Positions 51,168 through 63,682 of a stretch of DNA of 64,000 nt are shown here, in pieces; the first letter of the stretch is position 1, and each line of letters opens with the position of its first letter. Below the pieces are notes generated by a model. It searched no databases, was not told the origin of the DNA, and worked only from the letters and a program-made list of their open reading frames with translations. The stretch is taken from positions 51,619,591-51,683,590 of the forward strand of contig NC_068982.1 of the NCBI RefSeq assembly GCF_001194135.2, written 5' to 3'. This stretch comes from Octopus bimaculoides (taxonomy: Eukaryota). The position numbers and the translations under genes were made by a program.

Positions 51168-51612
51168 AATTTATATTGCTAGTCTATTAGAGGCTTTACT
51201 ATTTTCCATCTAGATATGACCTTAGCATTTCTAAAGTTCATTGATTTAACATGCTAAACTATCCATTGCTTATAGTTTTGTGCTGTCAGAGAAATTTAAA
51301 TTTGAAAGGATGTTTTTTAAAAGATTCTCTTTCTAATGAGGTTTAGAAGTAGATACAGAAGTTGCTTGTGGATATTTTGTGTGCATGGTAAGATGTAAGT
51401 GAAGAGTTGTCAGTAGTATATGAATCAATGTATTTGGCAGTAAGAGTATATTGTTAATGTGAGAAAGTGAGCTTGGGAAATTACTGAGTTTTTCAGATTA
51501 TAGTCAGTTTATTTGATACATGTAGTAAAAAGACTTACAATCTGGATGTTCTGAATAGCCTGTAGACAAGTAGATTTGCCTGAAGTTATTTATGATTTTT
51601 TTTTCCTTTCAG

Positions 51613-51674
51613 ACATAGCTGAAAGCTTTGCTGATATCTTGAACTATGCTTTTTCCCAAAGTTCTCAAATATAA
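51613..51674 (+). CDS. Candidate terminal exon (IAESFADILNYAFSQSSQI*)
   Basis: Very strong acceptor (T-run)cctttcag| with AATAAA downstream. The peptide also resembles CR1 'IAEPL..IFN', so it may be a LINE relic. Confidence 0.2.
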
Positions 51675-53249
51675 AAGATACTTGGCATATGATATACAAG
51701 AGCAAATAAAATAGTTCCACGTGTGATGAATAAAAGATTCAGAATGGTCATAGTAGCTTTAAATTCTTATCAATTTTATCACCCTAGAAATGTTAGATCT
51801 GAAAGTAATATGGTAAGGTTTCAATGCTCTGTTCTTTCTGTTATTTGAAATGTGTAACAGAGTTGCATATTTTGATATCCTGGATTTATAGCAAAAAGTA
51901 AGGGAGCCTGCACATGCACTCACACATATATATGCACATGCATGCATAGTAATTGAGAAATTGAAGTTTCTGAGGACATGGAGAAAACTCAAAGACAGTG
52001 AGTGGAAGAAGACTCAGCTCATCTGGCAATATCTACTGAGTCTTTGTTCTGTTGAAACATAGTAAGAAAAGGGATCTTAAATTCAAGATGCCAAGAAGCA
52101 TTTCACTAACTAATTTCGGCATTAATAAAAAAGTGTTGTAAGCATTATAATTTATACTTTAAACCTAATACTTAACACAGAAGATATATATATACTGTTA
52201 ATGATATTTTATTCTTATGAACTGTGATAACATTATTTTCAGTTGGTTGAAAAATCTTAAAGAAGAGTATAAATAAATGAATAAATATATCCCACTTTTA
52301 CTGCTTGTGTTAAGTCATGCTGACCTTTAGGAATAAATTGCATTGAAGAAATGTTTCCTTGCAAACAGCATCTTCTACACAGTGTTTGTTAATATATGAG
52401 ATATATTTAGTTAATGTGTTCAGGCAGTTATCTTCAGTAATGAGAGTTTTGTTTGGTCATCAAAGAATTCAGTATTGATAACTTAGTTGTGGTGCATCAG
52501 TATATGATGTATAGATCTGGTCAATTATGTCAGCATTGAAGAGCAGCATTGAAGTCTAACAATGTTGATTCATTGAATTGAGTAACTAGAGGATACAAAA
52601 GCATGGTGGTGACCATATCCAAAATATTAAAGAAAATTTGAAAGAAAAACTTGGTGCAGCTCACATCTGAAAAGAGCTTAAAATAAAGAGAAAAATAGCT
52701 TCAAATATTTTTGTAATTGTTATTGACTAATGAGAAGCATAAATATTTTCTCATTTGTTTAAAGTTTCTTTTCTTATTCTAATTAGATATTATTTGTATT
52801 GTTGTTTTAATTATCAGTATGCAAAGATAATCAAATGAAACAGGATAATTAAGTTCCAATATTCTAGCTATATAATTCCATTACAGTGTGCCATTTTCTG
52901 AAGGTTTTACTATTAATTACAAATGTGGTAAAGTGCTAAACGTATCATTCATTCTTACTAGTATAATCATTTAAAAGGGAAATACCTAAGCCTTCAGATT
53001 GACAAAGTATAATCTCTAATGTGGCTAAAATGGTTAAATTGTTCTATTTTTATACTGTAAGAAGAATTTGATAATTACATAAACATGCAATGTATTTTTT
53101 ATGTAACACTCTGGCACAGCTTATGTTTTGTTTACCTCAATTAAATCTATCCTATTGAAAAAGAGGTGTGTTTTTATTAAAAAAACAACTATCTCTTAGG
53201 AAATTGACATTAGTTTTATATAATTTCTTATTTCTCTTATCTGTAAAAG

Positions 53250-53400
53250 CAATAGATTTTTCTTTATTCCTATTGAGTGGGATGGTGTTTGGAGAAAAAT
53301 AGCCCATATTGATATATTGGACTGTTTTCAAGATTATATGAATTTTGATAGTCTAAATTTAATTACTTTTTTGTGTCTATTAATGTATTCATTGGCCTGA
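53250..53400 (+). CDS. Candidate exon (NRFFFIPIEWDGVWRKIAHIDILDCFQDYMNFD...), 3' boundary uncertain
   Basis: tttcttatttctcttatctgtaaaag| then 49 open codons in phase 2. No convincing donor. Confidence 0.22.
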
Positions 53401-54929
53401 ATATGTGTTTTCTTAGTTTCTCTAAAAGGACAAAAAATAGTGCCAATATGAAAGTGTTAGGCAACATCAAACTTCAAGAAATCTCATTCATTTCTCTGTT
53501 CTAATATCTAACAATAATACCCATGGATTTCTTTCAAAGATCAAAGCGTAAATGAAAAACATAAAAGCTATATAAATGAGAAGAGCTTGAATTACTCAAA
53601 CAATCAAATTACAGTTGCTAATTAGTATCTAATTACAGTAAGCAATTCATGGAATTCAGAAAAGGGTTGTTGCTAATGCTACAAGTAATTTTTGAATGGA
53701 TTTAATCTATGCAAATGTTAGATAGGTTTACTACAAAAGTAAAATAAGTTTTCAGATGTGCATTTTATAAAAGCTGATACTATAGTATGAAGTAATATGG
53801 GTTTGGGGTGGGAGATAAGTTTGTTGTTTTTCTTGTTTATCCTCAAATAAGTTAAACAGTTAAGGAGTTTGCTTTACAAATCTTGAGGACCCAGGTTTGA
53901 TCACATTGCATAATAACTTGGGCAAGTGTCTTTATCATTGCCTCAGTCAGCCCAAGGCTTGTGAAAGAAATTGAGTAGATGGGAGCTGTACAGAAGCCTA
54001 TCAGATGGATTGTATCTTTAACTTTGAGGATACACACGTCTGTGGAAGATTCTGCCGCATACACACTAATTCAACAAGCAAATAATTTAGTTGATTAAAT
54101 AATCTCCATTGTCAAAACAGATAGAGGTTTACTTATTTATTTGCTTAAAATCAGATATTTTATTCATGGCCATTCTGTTTGTTTGTTTGTTTGTTTTTTC
54201 CTTAGCACAGTATACTTGGGGGTCATATTATCCTATGTGTTCTTTCTTTGAAGACATTAAAATAAGAATAGAATTATGTTTGGCTGCTATTTCTAGTGGG
54301 TCAAGTGAATGCTTTCAGATTGAGTTATTAAAGCAGATGTTTACAGCTGTGTGTTTTTTGGTTTAACTACTACATGTAATTAGATATAGGCAAATGTACA
54401 TTAGTATTTCAACAAAGAAGACCAAATACTGTCACTTTACTAAAAACCATTAGGCCATAAGACCTTGAGCTAATCAACAAGCCTCTATGCAGTCACATGA
54501 CCTGCTAGAAACAGCAACCAAATTTCCTTAGATACACATTTTATTCTATCTAAGAAAAGAATGGGCACATTGAATAATATGATACCAAATAAAATGTCTG
54601 AATAAAAGATAGATGGTTATGACTGGGATATTTTTAAGCACAGCTTTGCTTGAGCTGAACTGACCAAATCTGTACTGTTTCTATTAAACCATTGTTTCCT
54701 AATACAGTGTATCTCTATAAAAAATATATAATTTGATAAATCAGGTTTAAAAATCAGACCATTTTTTAAAAGTTTATATCTGTATTCTCTGTATAACACA
54801 TGAAAGGCTATCGTATGATATTTCTGCTGATAGATTTTTCGTTTGCTATTTATTTAGTGTATTTTCATAAACAAGTCCTTATCCAACAAACAGTTACCCT
54901 GCCATTACAAATCAACAAATTCAGTTACT

Positions 54930-55700
54930 CATTGCCATCATCATTTTTATGTCCATTTTTCCATGTTAGCATGGGTTGGATGAGTTCGTTTCAACACACC
55001 AACTCTCTCCTTTTTATAGTCCTTTGCCATCTCCTTTGTGAGACTCAGTATTCTGAGATTACTTCATATCAGGTCTTCCCACAGTTTCATTGGTCTTCCT
55101 CTTCCTCAAGTTCCACTTGCACAGTTTTTGACATTTTCTCACCCAACTATTATTCTCCATAAACATCACATGTCCATACCAGTGCAGTTTTCTCTCAACA
55201 TACTTGTGCACGGTCATTCTTTCATGTAATCATCACACATCCAGGAAAACATACTCACCACATTTCCTTCCCCTTTTTGTATATCCTCCTGTCTTCAACC
55301 CCCAATGTCTCACTATAATACAACATTGTACTTCTTACACAAACATTATGCAGTTTGCTTTTCATTCAGTCAGAAGTTGTTTGCTGCCAGCTGATGTATT
55401 AGCTACTTGAGTTTTTCCACTCCTTTTTCACTCTGGGTGCTGTGCTTTTGCAACACCCAACTCTACTGCTGATTAGGTCACTTAGGTAGCAGAAACCATC
55501 AACTACTTCTAGCAAGCCTTCTGGGCAATTGAAAAAATGAATTTCTTAGGTGTTTATACTGCTAACTACTCCTGTACATCTATTATTACAGAAGAAATCC
55601 AGCCTGGTACCCCACTGTACCTTTTGTGTACCTGTTGTTTACTTGGGTACACAGTATAGAGTTCTTATGTATTCCTTTCTGCATATTGAGCATTACCACT
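54930..55700 (-). mobile_element. Decayed RTE-like LINE 3' region with family C-like tail
   Basis: tccatttttccatgttagcatgggttggatgag tail, then pyrimidine-rich + strand similar to 13270-13640. Confidence 0.5.
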
Positions 55701-56427
55701 TCCCTGTTGATAGTAGTTTTCTTTTTCCTTCCCTGATTAATAAAACTTATTCTTTTTGCTAAATTGATCTTTAAGATTGTGGTTATAGATCATGCTTCCT
55801 TGTTAGGAAGCCTAATTTTAATCCTCAGACCAAATCCTCACAACATACAGTATGCTGGTTCCTGTCATTTATGTTGGTTATCTTAGATTATTCTGATAAA
55901 TTCATTTCATAATATCCACAGACTTTCTTTAAAGTGATTTTTTTTTAAGAAACATTTTCTGTTAGTACAATGGTTTGGTAACTTTTATGTAAATGTAATC
56001 TAGATTAACAAAATTTGTCAAATATATTTTGACATGCAGATATCTTTGAGAAAAACCACAATTCTTGTTCCAGAATGCTTTTGGTGCATTGCAATAAAAA
56101 TAATAAAATTTCTAGTTAATAGAAAAATAAATATAAAGAAGTAAGAAGTTGTTTCAGAATAAAATAGATACAAATATTTTGACCTTTCTCACGACTAATG
56201 AATACAGAAAATGAATCTTTATCAGAGCATTTCCTCTGCTCATATACAAAGTTAAACAGAAGTCTTGATCCACCTATTGCTTATGGAATAACTTTTCTTG
56301 TTTTATATTATTTCCTCAAGCACGTATAATTTTTGTGTGAAAACTCAGAAACCTGTTAAAATTGGGATTGTTTTGTCTTTCCTCTTTAATTTTATAGTTG
56401 AATTTTTTTTTAATGTAAAATACGTAC

Positions 56428-56493
56428 TTGGTGTTAGGTGTTTTAATATATTACATATATTGCCTGATAGCTTATTGTCTTTGTGTTCAAGTC
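56428..56493 (-). CDS. Candidate exon (LEHKDNKLSGNICNILKHLTP, phase 1/1)
   Basis: tttttgttccaatag| ... ACCAA|gtacgt. Confidence 0.33.
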
Positions 56494-56939
56494 CTATTGG
56501 AACAAAAATTGTTGAGCAAAGAATATCATTTTTTAAACTATTGATTGTTAATAGCAAACATATAAATAAGAAATCATCATCATCATCATCATTGTTTAAT
56601 GTCCGCTTTCCAGAAAAACAGACTAAATGCCAAGCTTTAAAAAAAAAAGTACTGGGGCAATTTGTTCAACTAACCATTCAAGGCAATTACCCCAGGATGG
56701 CCACAGTCCAGTTACTGGAACAAATAATTTTTTGTTAATTCCCTTCACAAATTTTTATAATAAAGAAAACGAATATTTAATTTTGAAAGTCAGGAAAACA
56801 TTTACATTTGGGGATAAAGATATTACAAACATCTACATTGGGAATAAAGAAATAATGGTTTTCTTCCATTTTCAATTTTATTTTCAAACTGATAGTTAGG
56901 ATTAGTTAAAATAGAATAATAATGGACCATTTAACCAAC

Positions 56940-56989
56940 TTCCAAAAATCCAGGAGTACTCTGCAACACCATGCAATATATGCTGTACC
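56940..56989 (-). CDS. Candidate exon (VQHILHGVAEYSWIFG, phase 2/1; other frames also open)
   Basis: tttgtttattcaatgcag| ... TTGGAA|gttggt. Confidence 0.28.
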
Positions 56990-57689
56990 CTGCATTGAAT
57001 AAACAAACTCTGTTTTGAAGTTGGGTAATTTGCATACAGTATGTTCAAAATAATTTTGTTCTTTATTTTTTTAAGTGAATTGATAATTATTGAACATGCT
57101 CTACTTTGGAATTGTATTAATTTGTAGCTGTATCAATTAAATCATGTTCTTTACTATTCTTCGTTTAATGTTCATCCTATAAACATTATACTGTATACAT
57201 GGTTCAGTATAATATTTAAGTGAATTAACAGGCATCAAAGAGACCTTATTTTAGAAGTGTGTTAATTTTTTTGAATACAATTTAGTTCTTAACTTTTCAT
57301 AATTCATTCTATATTTTTAGTATATATTTGAACTCCCTCTACAAAATTCAGAAATCTGGGCCACTTTTGGTCCCAAACTTTCCAGATATTTGGTCCAGTA
57401 CTGTATTTTAATATTATTATGGAAGTTAATTATTTAAGTAAGATTAGATTAATTTCTAAACCATTGCTTTTTAGTTAATTATCTAACAATATTTGTAACA
57501 TCTCAGCTTATCAGCCATCATATATCTGTATTCTAGACTTCAAGCTGCTTATTGAGCATAGCTAAATATCTACTAATAGCTTTCTTGAAATTCTGATGTT
57601 ATGTGTTGACATTATCTAATGCATCCTATCACTAATTCTCACTTGCACACATATTTAATGTGTATTAGAGATATTTTGTTGTAAATAAA

Positions 57690-58390
57690 GAAAGTGCAAG
57701 TAGTTTACTTCCCAGCCATATGGTTTCGGGTTCAGTCTCATTGCATGGCACCTTTGGCAAGTGTCTTCTATAATAGCCCTGGATTGACAAGAATCTTGTG
57801 AATGGATTTGATTGACAAAAACTGAAAGAAGCCTGTCCTCTGTGTGTGTGTGTGTGTGCAAGCATGTAAAAAAAAAGTGGGGGTAAAGATCCCCTTCAAT
57901 CATGAACAGCCATAGAATTGCACCTAGAAAGTTCCCCTTCGAGGCACAAGTCCAAGCAAGGTTGTTTATGAAAGACCAGCAGTTTCGCATGCATACCAGC
58001 CTCCCCTCTCCGTGCCACCAATATTATCCAAGTAAAAGACAAAGGTCAATACAACTTGGCACCAGTGATGTTGCAACTCATTTCTACAACTGAGTCAAAT
58101 GGAGCAACTTGAAATAAAGTGTTTTGCTCAAGAACACAACACAGTCCGATCCAGGAATATATATATATGTATGTACATACATATGTATGTTACTGTCTCC
58201 TAGGTTTAATGTGACATGATGGTTGTAAATGAGTGTCACCATCATACAGGTGATGTCCTTCATTTTCAATCTTCTTTGAAAACATCTGACCATGGGGAAC
58301 TATCACCTTGCCTGGAAACAAATGAAGATCAGTGACAGAAAGGGCATCCAATCATAGAAATCTACTTCAACAAAGGTCCATCCAATCCAT
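57690..58390. mobile_element. Cluster of nested SINE fragments (family A head on -, central-domain SINE and alternative tail)
   Basis: ggtttcgggttcagtctc..; gagtcaaatggagcaacttgaaataaagtgttttgctcaagaacacaac; ggggaactatcaccttgcctggaaac. Confidence 0.75.
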
Positions 58391-58589
58391 GCGAGCATGG
58401 AAAAGTGAATATAAAACTGATAAGGAGGATAACTGGTACAGCAGTAGCTTTACCTTCGATAATTCTAAAGAACAAGATAGTTTAGTCTTTCAAAATTATA
58501 TTCCTTTTACAGATTATTCTATTTAAAAAAAAGAAAAACATTCCTAAATCTTTATTTATTCTCTAATCATTTACCTGTAGAAACTAAAC

Positions 58590-58865
58590 TGGCCAAGTTG
58601 TTGGATCATTGGATAGAGTTTACCAGCATTTATAGTGGCTTTCTGGAATCTGAGTTCAATAGTTTGTGTCTTTACATTTGACCCCACTCCCACTGCTTAA
58701 CAACCAGTGTTGGTTTATGTCCTCATAACTTACCAGTTCAGCAAAAGTAAATGATAGAATAAGTACCAGACTTTAAAAAATATGTAGTAAGGGGATGATT
58801 TCTTTGACTAAACCCTTGAAGGCAGTGCTCCAGTATGGCTGCAGTCCAATGACTGAAATAGTAGA
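58590..58865 (+). mobile_element. Decayed SINE composite with family A tail
   Basis: gcttaacaaccagtgttgg..gatagaataagtaccag..ggcagtgctccagtatggctgcagtccaatgactgaaa. Confidence 0.75.
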
Positions 58866-59395
58866 TAGGAGGGAAATAAAAGAATGTCATAACTTTACTG
58901 AAAACTTGCCAAAACTTGAAAACTATTGAATAACAGTATTACTGACCTTGACCTTACTTAAAGGACAACTTTTGAAAAAGTACTTTTCTTCTGAACACTG
59001 TCTACTATGATACTGAATGTTAATTCTATTTTGATGTGGACAATGGCTTATAGGTTGACAGATGTAATATAAGGTTTTAGATTTAGCTAAGTCAGTCTAA
59101 CATAGCTGTCTTATTAGACATATGGCTTCTTGATATTTCACTATGTCTACTAGTTTGTTTACAGTTATCATTATGAATGTAATTTCATCTGATTTGTTTT
59201 GTGCTATTGTTTTCTTTAGTCCGAAATTTTCAGTTAAGTCTTTAAATATAGTGATTTATCTGACACCATTCATTATAGGAAAGTTTGACTGAATATATTC
59301 ATATATTAAAAACATTAGTATGGCTTCATGAGTAAAGTTCCTGAAGTAAGTTAGATCACCCAAGTTGAAACAATAATAAATGCTAAGTCACTCAC

Positions 59396-59458
59396 TTTTC
59401 CAAAGCTAGTACTTCCATGGCTAAAATTGTTGTTACATAATATGTGAAAGTAAAACGA
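59396..59458 (-). CDS. Candidate 63-nt exon (RFTFTYYVTTILAMEVLALE(K) in phase 2/2, or SFYFHILCNNNFSHGSTSFGK in phase 0/0)
   Basis: Best splice pair seen in the window: gctatatttatttcag| and GGAAAA|gtgagt. Length divisible by 3. Confidence 0.42.
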
Positions 59459-61204
59459 CTGAAATAAATATAGCATTTTTTTAACAATTTTAAATGGAAT
59501 TTAGAAATTGTATATTCTCTGTATAACTTTTCAAACTGTAGTTCTTTATTTCCTTGGTCATCCTGGAAAACTTATATTTGTTCCTTACAATATTTTTCTA
59601 GTACCAAGGGCAATCAAATAGCAGCCATTTTACTCCCTTCTTGTCATCAACCCTTTCAGTTTCCTCTTATGACACGCTGAGACATAGAGTCTCTAATTTA
59701 AAACTAGGATACACACAACAAATAATGCCAGACTGGGCATGAAATGGTATTTAGTTTTGTTCCTCTATATTCTAAGTTCAAATCCGAAAAGATCGACTGT
59801 ATTTTTTTCAAGAAAAAAAACCCCACATTTTGGGAAAAAAATTGTACCAGCATATCCTACAGGTTGATTCAATGATCATTCATGCTCTACTTCAGTAAAG
59901 TTTTGCTTTTTGTATCCTTCCAGGGCTGATAAAATAGATACCAGTTAAGTACTGGGGTAAATTGCATCTACTATTTCCCTCCTCATTATTGTGTTTAGTT
60001 TCCTTTCGAGCATTCTGGATTCAAGCCCTCTCAGTATGAGGACAACTATCTTTCACATCCCTCTATTAACATTAATATCTAGTTATTATTTTAGAGATGT
60101 TGGGCAAAGGAACTAACAAATGAATGGTAAAGAATGATACTAGTTATTTTATGGTGTTATCTATTTTGGTTCTTTAGGGTTCTAATTTCAAATCCTACCA
60201 TGGCTAACTTTTGTCCTTCATCACTCCAGAGTTAAGATAAAGTAAACAAAAGTAAGACAAGAAATTTGAGTTGATTATACTCCTTTCACTACTGAAGTAG
60301 AGATAGAAAGAAAAAAACCCATTTAATTCTCATTTACAATCAACCTGGCTGATGTCACTTTTTAAGAGAAAGGCTGAAATTTTAAAATTTTCGATAGGTT
60401 TTTCTTAACTCTTGTCTGGGTAATAGCAACATATAAATTGAGTGTGAAAATGTTAACATTTACAAAAAGAAAAAAGTTTTCTATAGCCAGATGCCCTTCC
60501 TGTTGTGGCTAACCCTCACATGTTTCAAAGCAACATGTTTCCCATGACCAAACATCTTTCACAGCAAAGTGGAAACAACATGCTCGCAAACACACATACA
60601 CTCACTATTGCTACTATTTCATATCCCTCATTCTCTAAATTCTAGGTTTGTATGTAATTCAGAATCACATTGCTGTAGTTACCACATAGTGTATATATTT
60701 ACAGCACTTTTTACATTTTTATTTCATTTGGTAACTGAGGAAAAAGATTTGGGGTCTTCAGTTGGCAATCTCTTCATTTTCTGATAATATTCTCAAAAGC
60801 TGAACAGTTATCAAGTATGGTTCCCTTATCTCTGCAATAAAACTTTATTAGATAATGTTTGCATATAATTTGTGTAAATTTGGTTGTCTATCTGTTCAAT
60901 TAAATTTACTGTTTCAATATATCAGTAGCAAGTGGACTCTAGCTTGACTCTATAATAGCATTTAAAATAGTTTAGAGTTGAAGTGTTTATGTGTTTTTAA
61001 TCTCTGAAGATTTTGATTTTATGAGACAGTGTAGATATATAATGATGCAGCCTTAACTATTTTATTTAATTTTATACGACTTTATCCAAAGTATCTTTAA
61101 ATAACTTTACTTAATACAAACTGAAACTTTTCAATGTGTCTGTTTTAAATTTTGAACCAACATGATTATTTTATTTGCTATATATTGTCATAAATCATAG
61201 AACT

Positions 61205-61712
61205 TGTTTGGCTGATGTTCTAAGTTTCATGGATAGGGTTCAGTTCCACTGCACAGCACCTTGGCCAAGTGTCTTCTGCCTCACATAACAGCTTTAACTC
61301 TACTTGCCTGCATATTAACAGAAATTTTTTTTTCAATGTTTGTAGCATTGTCATTCATTCATGAATTTGATTTAAGAGATTGTGAAATAATGTCTTAGTT
61401 TCTTTAGGGGCTTTAAGCTGTTTCTCACCACAAAGGATAATTTTTGTAGTTGTGAGTAGATTTGGTAGATGGAAACTGAAAGAAGCTTGCTATGCATGTG
61501 TGTGTACCTTTGTCATGACATCTCATGATGGTTGTAAATCAACATGTTGTTCCAGTCTTCCATAAAAAATATGTCTGGCCACACAAAATATTGCCTTGCT
61601 TAGAAACAAGTCAGGAATAGCAACAGCAAGGATATCTAACCATAGAAAATCTACTTCAACAAATTCCATCTTACCCATGCAAGCATGGAAAAGTGAACAT
61701 TAAACGATGATG
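61205..61712 (+). mobile_element. SINE (family A head, alternative tail) interrupted by a 164-bp non-SINE insert
   Basis: Head ends at gtgtcttctgcc (61280). SINE sequence resumes at tgagtagatttggtagatggaaactgaaagaagc (~61453). Confidence 0.85.
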
Positions 61713-61809
61713 TAGATTAGAAAATAAGGACATCAACTTTGCATAAAAGCAATAACAAACAATAGCAATGCGTCTGCAGTGAATGATCATCAAACATAAT
61801 ACAACCTGA

Positions 61810-61845
<36 letters not shown>

Positions 61846-62467
61846 TGCACACACACAGATATGTGAGGGGGGTCATTCATTTGTGTGCATGCATGTATGT
61901 TTATGTGCATGTGTGTGTGTATGCCCTAAATTAGTCAATTATTTCTTCTCCCATCAGAAAGCAGTCTTCTTTCAAATTGATGTCAAAATAATTTCTCTTT
62001 TAATATAATGTACAATTGAACACCTTGATCAATTAGCAGCTATCATAGATCTAAACATTACATCCCAATTATACTGTTTCTAAGCAAGGCAGCTTTAACT
62101 TTATTTGCCTGTCTATTAATGGAAATCTCTTTCTCAACATTTGTGGTATTGTCATTCATTCATGAGTTTGTTTTAAGAGATTGTGAGATAGTGTCTCAGT
62201 TTTTTTGGGGGCTTTAAGCTGTTTCTCATCACGAAGGAGCATTTTTGTAGCTGAAGATCTGTTTCAAGGGTAAACATTTACTGTGTTGGTTTGTTAATGA
62301 TATGAGTCATGATTTTATTTTCTTTCCTGTCTGGAGGGCAAAAAGATTTAAATTTTCATTGCTATCATTGTATAAAGCCAGCAACATACTCTGTTGTCTA
62401 TTTATTTATTAACATTTTTGTTCAGAAAATTCAGACTTGATCTTAAATCTTTCTTTTATTTGCTTTA

Positions 62468-63417
62468 AATTTCCTTCTTATACACTCTAAGCATATTTAC
62501 AATTTTAAAATGACCATGAAAAAATGGCCCCAAAATATAGAGCAACTAAGATGTCATTTTTCTGAAGATGTTCATGTCTCTCACATTTTGGCATATAAAA
62601 GTGTCTTAATACTACAAAGAGAACTTAAAATGTAGTTTCATTGGGGTGGAGTTAGATTTCATGCAGATAAGGAGGAGCTAAGGACAAAAACAAGTTAAAA
62701 TACATTCAGAAGTCTCAATTGTAAATTACTAAGAGAATAGACACATGAGTAAGAAAATTTACTGACAGATTTTGTCTTTATTTTCTTTTCTTTTTCTTTT
62801 ATTAAATTTCAATCTACTATAAGCTTTCTCTTTCATGCTGAGTTTTATTTGTATTAACATAGGAACCCTTTGTTTAAACAAGTAAGAGTTCAATTTTAAG
62901 ATAAACATCTATCAAGTGGAGGGCTAATGTAAGTGTTTAAAGTATGTAATTTTCCATTGTTAATAATATTGTTTTCTAAAAGAAAACAATATTATCTTTT
63001 TTATTCATACAGTGTTTTTCAATTCTGTCATTATTATTATTACTATTATTTACAGTGGTGAGCTGGCAGAACTGCTACCACACCGGAAAAGATGCTTAGT
63101 GGAATTTCTTCCAACTTTACATTCTCAGTTCAGATACCATTAGGATCAACTTTGCCTTTCATCCTTTCAGGGTTGATAAAATAAGTACCAGTTGAGCACA
63201 GGTTGATGTAATTGACTTATGCCCAACCCCGACAAATTACTGGCCTTGTACCAAAATTTGAAATCCTTATTATTACTATTGCCATTTACAGCAGCAAGCT
63301 GGCAGAATATTTAATGCAGAATCTTTAATGACATCTTAGTTTCTCTATATTTTGGGGCCATTTTTTCATGGTCATTTTTACATTGTAAATATGCTTAGAG
63401 TGTATAAGAAGGAAATT
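62468..63417. repeat. 91-bp inverted repeat pair (62468-62558 / 63327-63417)
   Basis: 88 of 91 positions complementary by manual alignment. Confidence 0.95.
62863..62881 (+). CDS. Candidate 19-nt microexon
   Basis: ttttatttgtattaacatag|GAACCCTTTGTTTAAACAA|gtaaga. Confidence 0.18.
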
Positions 63418-63680
63418 GTGCTGTCCCTTCTATGTATGTCCTTATGGATAATAAAACAAATTAAGAATCTTTAATGTAGTGGAAAAAATTCTTGGTAGCA
63501 TTTCTTCTGACTTTGTTCTGAGTTCAAATACCACCAGGCTCAACTTTGCCTTTCATCCTTTTGGAGTCAATAAAATAAGTACCAGTTGAGCACTGGAGTC
63601 GATGTAATTGACTCCCACCACCACCACCAAAATTGCTGGCCTTGTACCAAAATTTGAAACCATTTTTATTATTATTATTA
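63050..63680 (+). mobile_element. Two tandem SINE family B copies; the second carries a 146-bp insertion
   Basis: ggtgagctggcagaac..aaaatttgaaatccttatt, then gcaagctggcagaatattt..[insert]..ttctgagttcaaatacc..aaaatttgaaaccatttttattattatt. Confidence 0.88.
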
Positions 63681-63682
63681 TT

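Noticed and set aside
60770-60832. Minus frame EIREPYLITVQLLRILSENEEIAN after a good acceptor
   Set aside because: It ends in a stop with no donor and does not fit the downstream exon chain. Left unresolved.
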